From Comamonadaceae bacterium (GTDB taxonomy: Bacteria > Pseudomonadota > Gammaproteobacteria > Burkholderiales > Burkholderiaceae_C), in NCBI GenBank assembly GCA_947442105.1, contig CANEVH010000017.1:2548-66547 (forward strand): DNA of 64,000 nt, read 5' to 3'. Shown here one piece after another: positions 63,753-64,000 of the stretch (within the stretch, counting starts at the first letter, position 1; each line of letters starts with the position of its first letter). The position numbers and the translations under genes were made by a program. The notes beneath the pieces are model-generated. The model searched no databases. It worked only from the letters and a program-made list of their open reading frames with translations, and was not told the DNA's origin.

Positions 63753-64000
63753 ATGCAATCCACCATTGAACTCAACCAAACCCAGGCGATGGACTTTCTG
63801 CTCAACGTTGCAGTGGTACGCCCTGTTTTCATGTGGGGCCCGCCAGGCATCGGAAAAAGTGCGCTTGCGCAGCGGTTCTCAGACGCCGTCGGCATGGAGT
63901 GCGTCTCCTTGCTGGGAAGCCAGTTGGCCCCCGAAGATTTGCTGGGCATTCCCAAGATCGATGGCGAATGTTCCCGCTTCTACCCGCCGGCCAATATTGT
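63753..64000 (+). CDS. AAA+ ATPase (MoxR-like), 5' fragment truncated by the window end
   Basis: My own translation from ATG 63753 gives MQSTIELNQTQAMDFLLNVAVVRPVFMWGPPGIGKSALAQRF..., with Walker A GPPGIGKS. It starts 5 nt after the prfH stop. No stop codon occurs before position 64000. Confidence 0.7.
   Translation, partial: MQSTIELNQTQAMDFLLNVAVVRPVFMWGPPGIGKSALAQRFSDAVGMECVSLLGSQLAPEDLLGIPKIDGECSRFYPPANI

Noticed and set aside
63716-63955. A 79 aa minus-strand ORF at the window end.
   Set aside because: It is antisense to the plus-strand AAA+ ATPase fragment, which has a clear Walker A motif.

Overview
This is a 64 kb, visibly GC-rich chromosomal segment. Gene content and order look betaproteobacterial, Burkholderiales/Comamonadaceae-like; that placement is inference only, with no search run. 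Most of the window is core housekeeping. It holds a complete aa3-type cytochrome c oxidase structural and assembly cluster (70-9824, minus strand). It also holds comF/trmL, cytochrome c4, a MoxR-VWA pair, three tRNAs, ispDF, mfd, serB, nth, proA, holA-lptE-leuS, dapB-exbBD, bamE, fur, coq7, two tandem porins, ilvA and queC.

Several accessory or unusual parts interrupt this core:
1. Two tandem vapBC toxin-antitoxin modules lie between mfd and serB.
2. A family of about 180-220 nt structured repeats is amplified into a 1.1 kb direct-plus-inverted array between serB and phoD. The same family appears again as a roughly 490 nt foldback between an ABC transporter gene and queC. Its hairpins show compensatory substitutions.
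3. A low-GC, tightly packed five-gene type IV pilin/minor-pilin cassette (35901-40141) has no assembly genes nearby. It has unusually long prepilin leaders, an in-frame hexanucleotide repeat, and a 684 aa PilX_N-fused cysteine-paired surface protein.
4. A TPR-glycosyltransferase-like gene is bracketed by tRNA genes.
5. A Tat-exported DUF1800/DUF1501 pair is translationally coupled to a YddA-like ABC transporter.
6. An rtcB-prfH ribosome-repair pair is preceded by a 19-codon leader ORF overlapping a terminator-like hairpin. It is followed by a truncated AAA ATPase gene at the window edge.

I found no CRISPR array, rRNA, transposase or integrase. All starts were adjusted by eye from the ORF track, which also counts GTG/TTG starts. 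Functional calls rest on recognisable motifs and on my memory of protein families, not on database searches.
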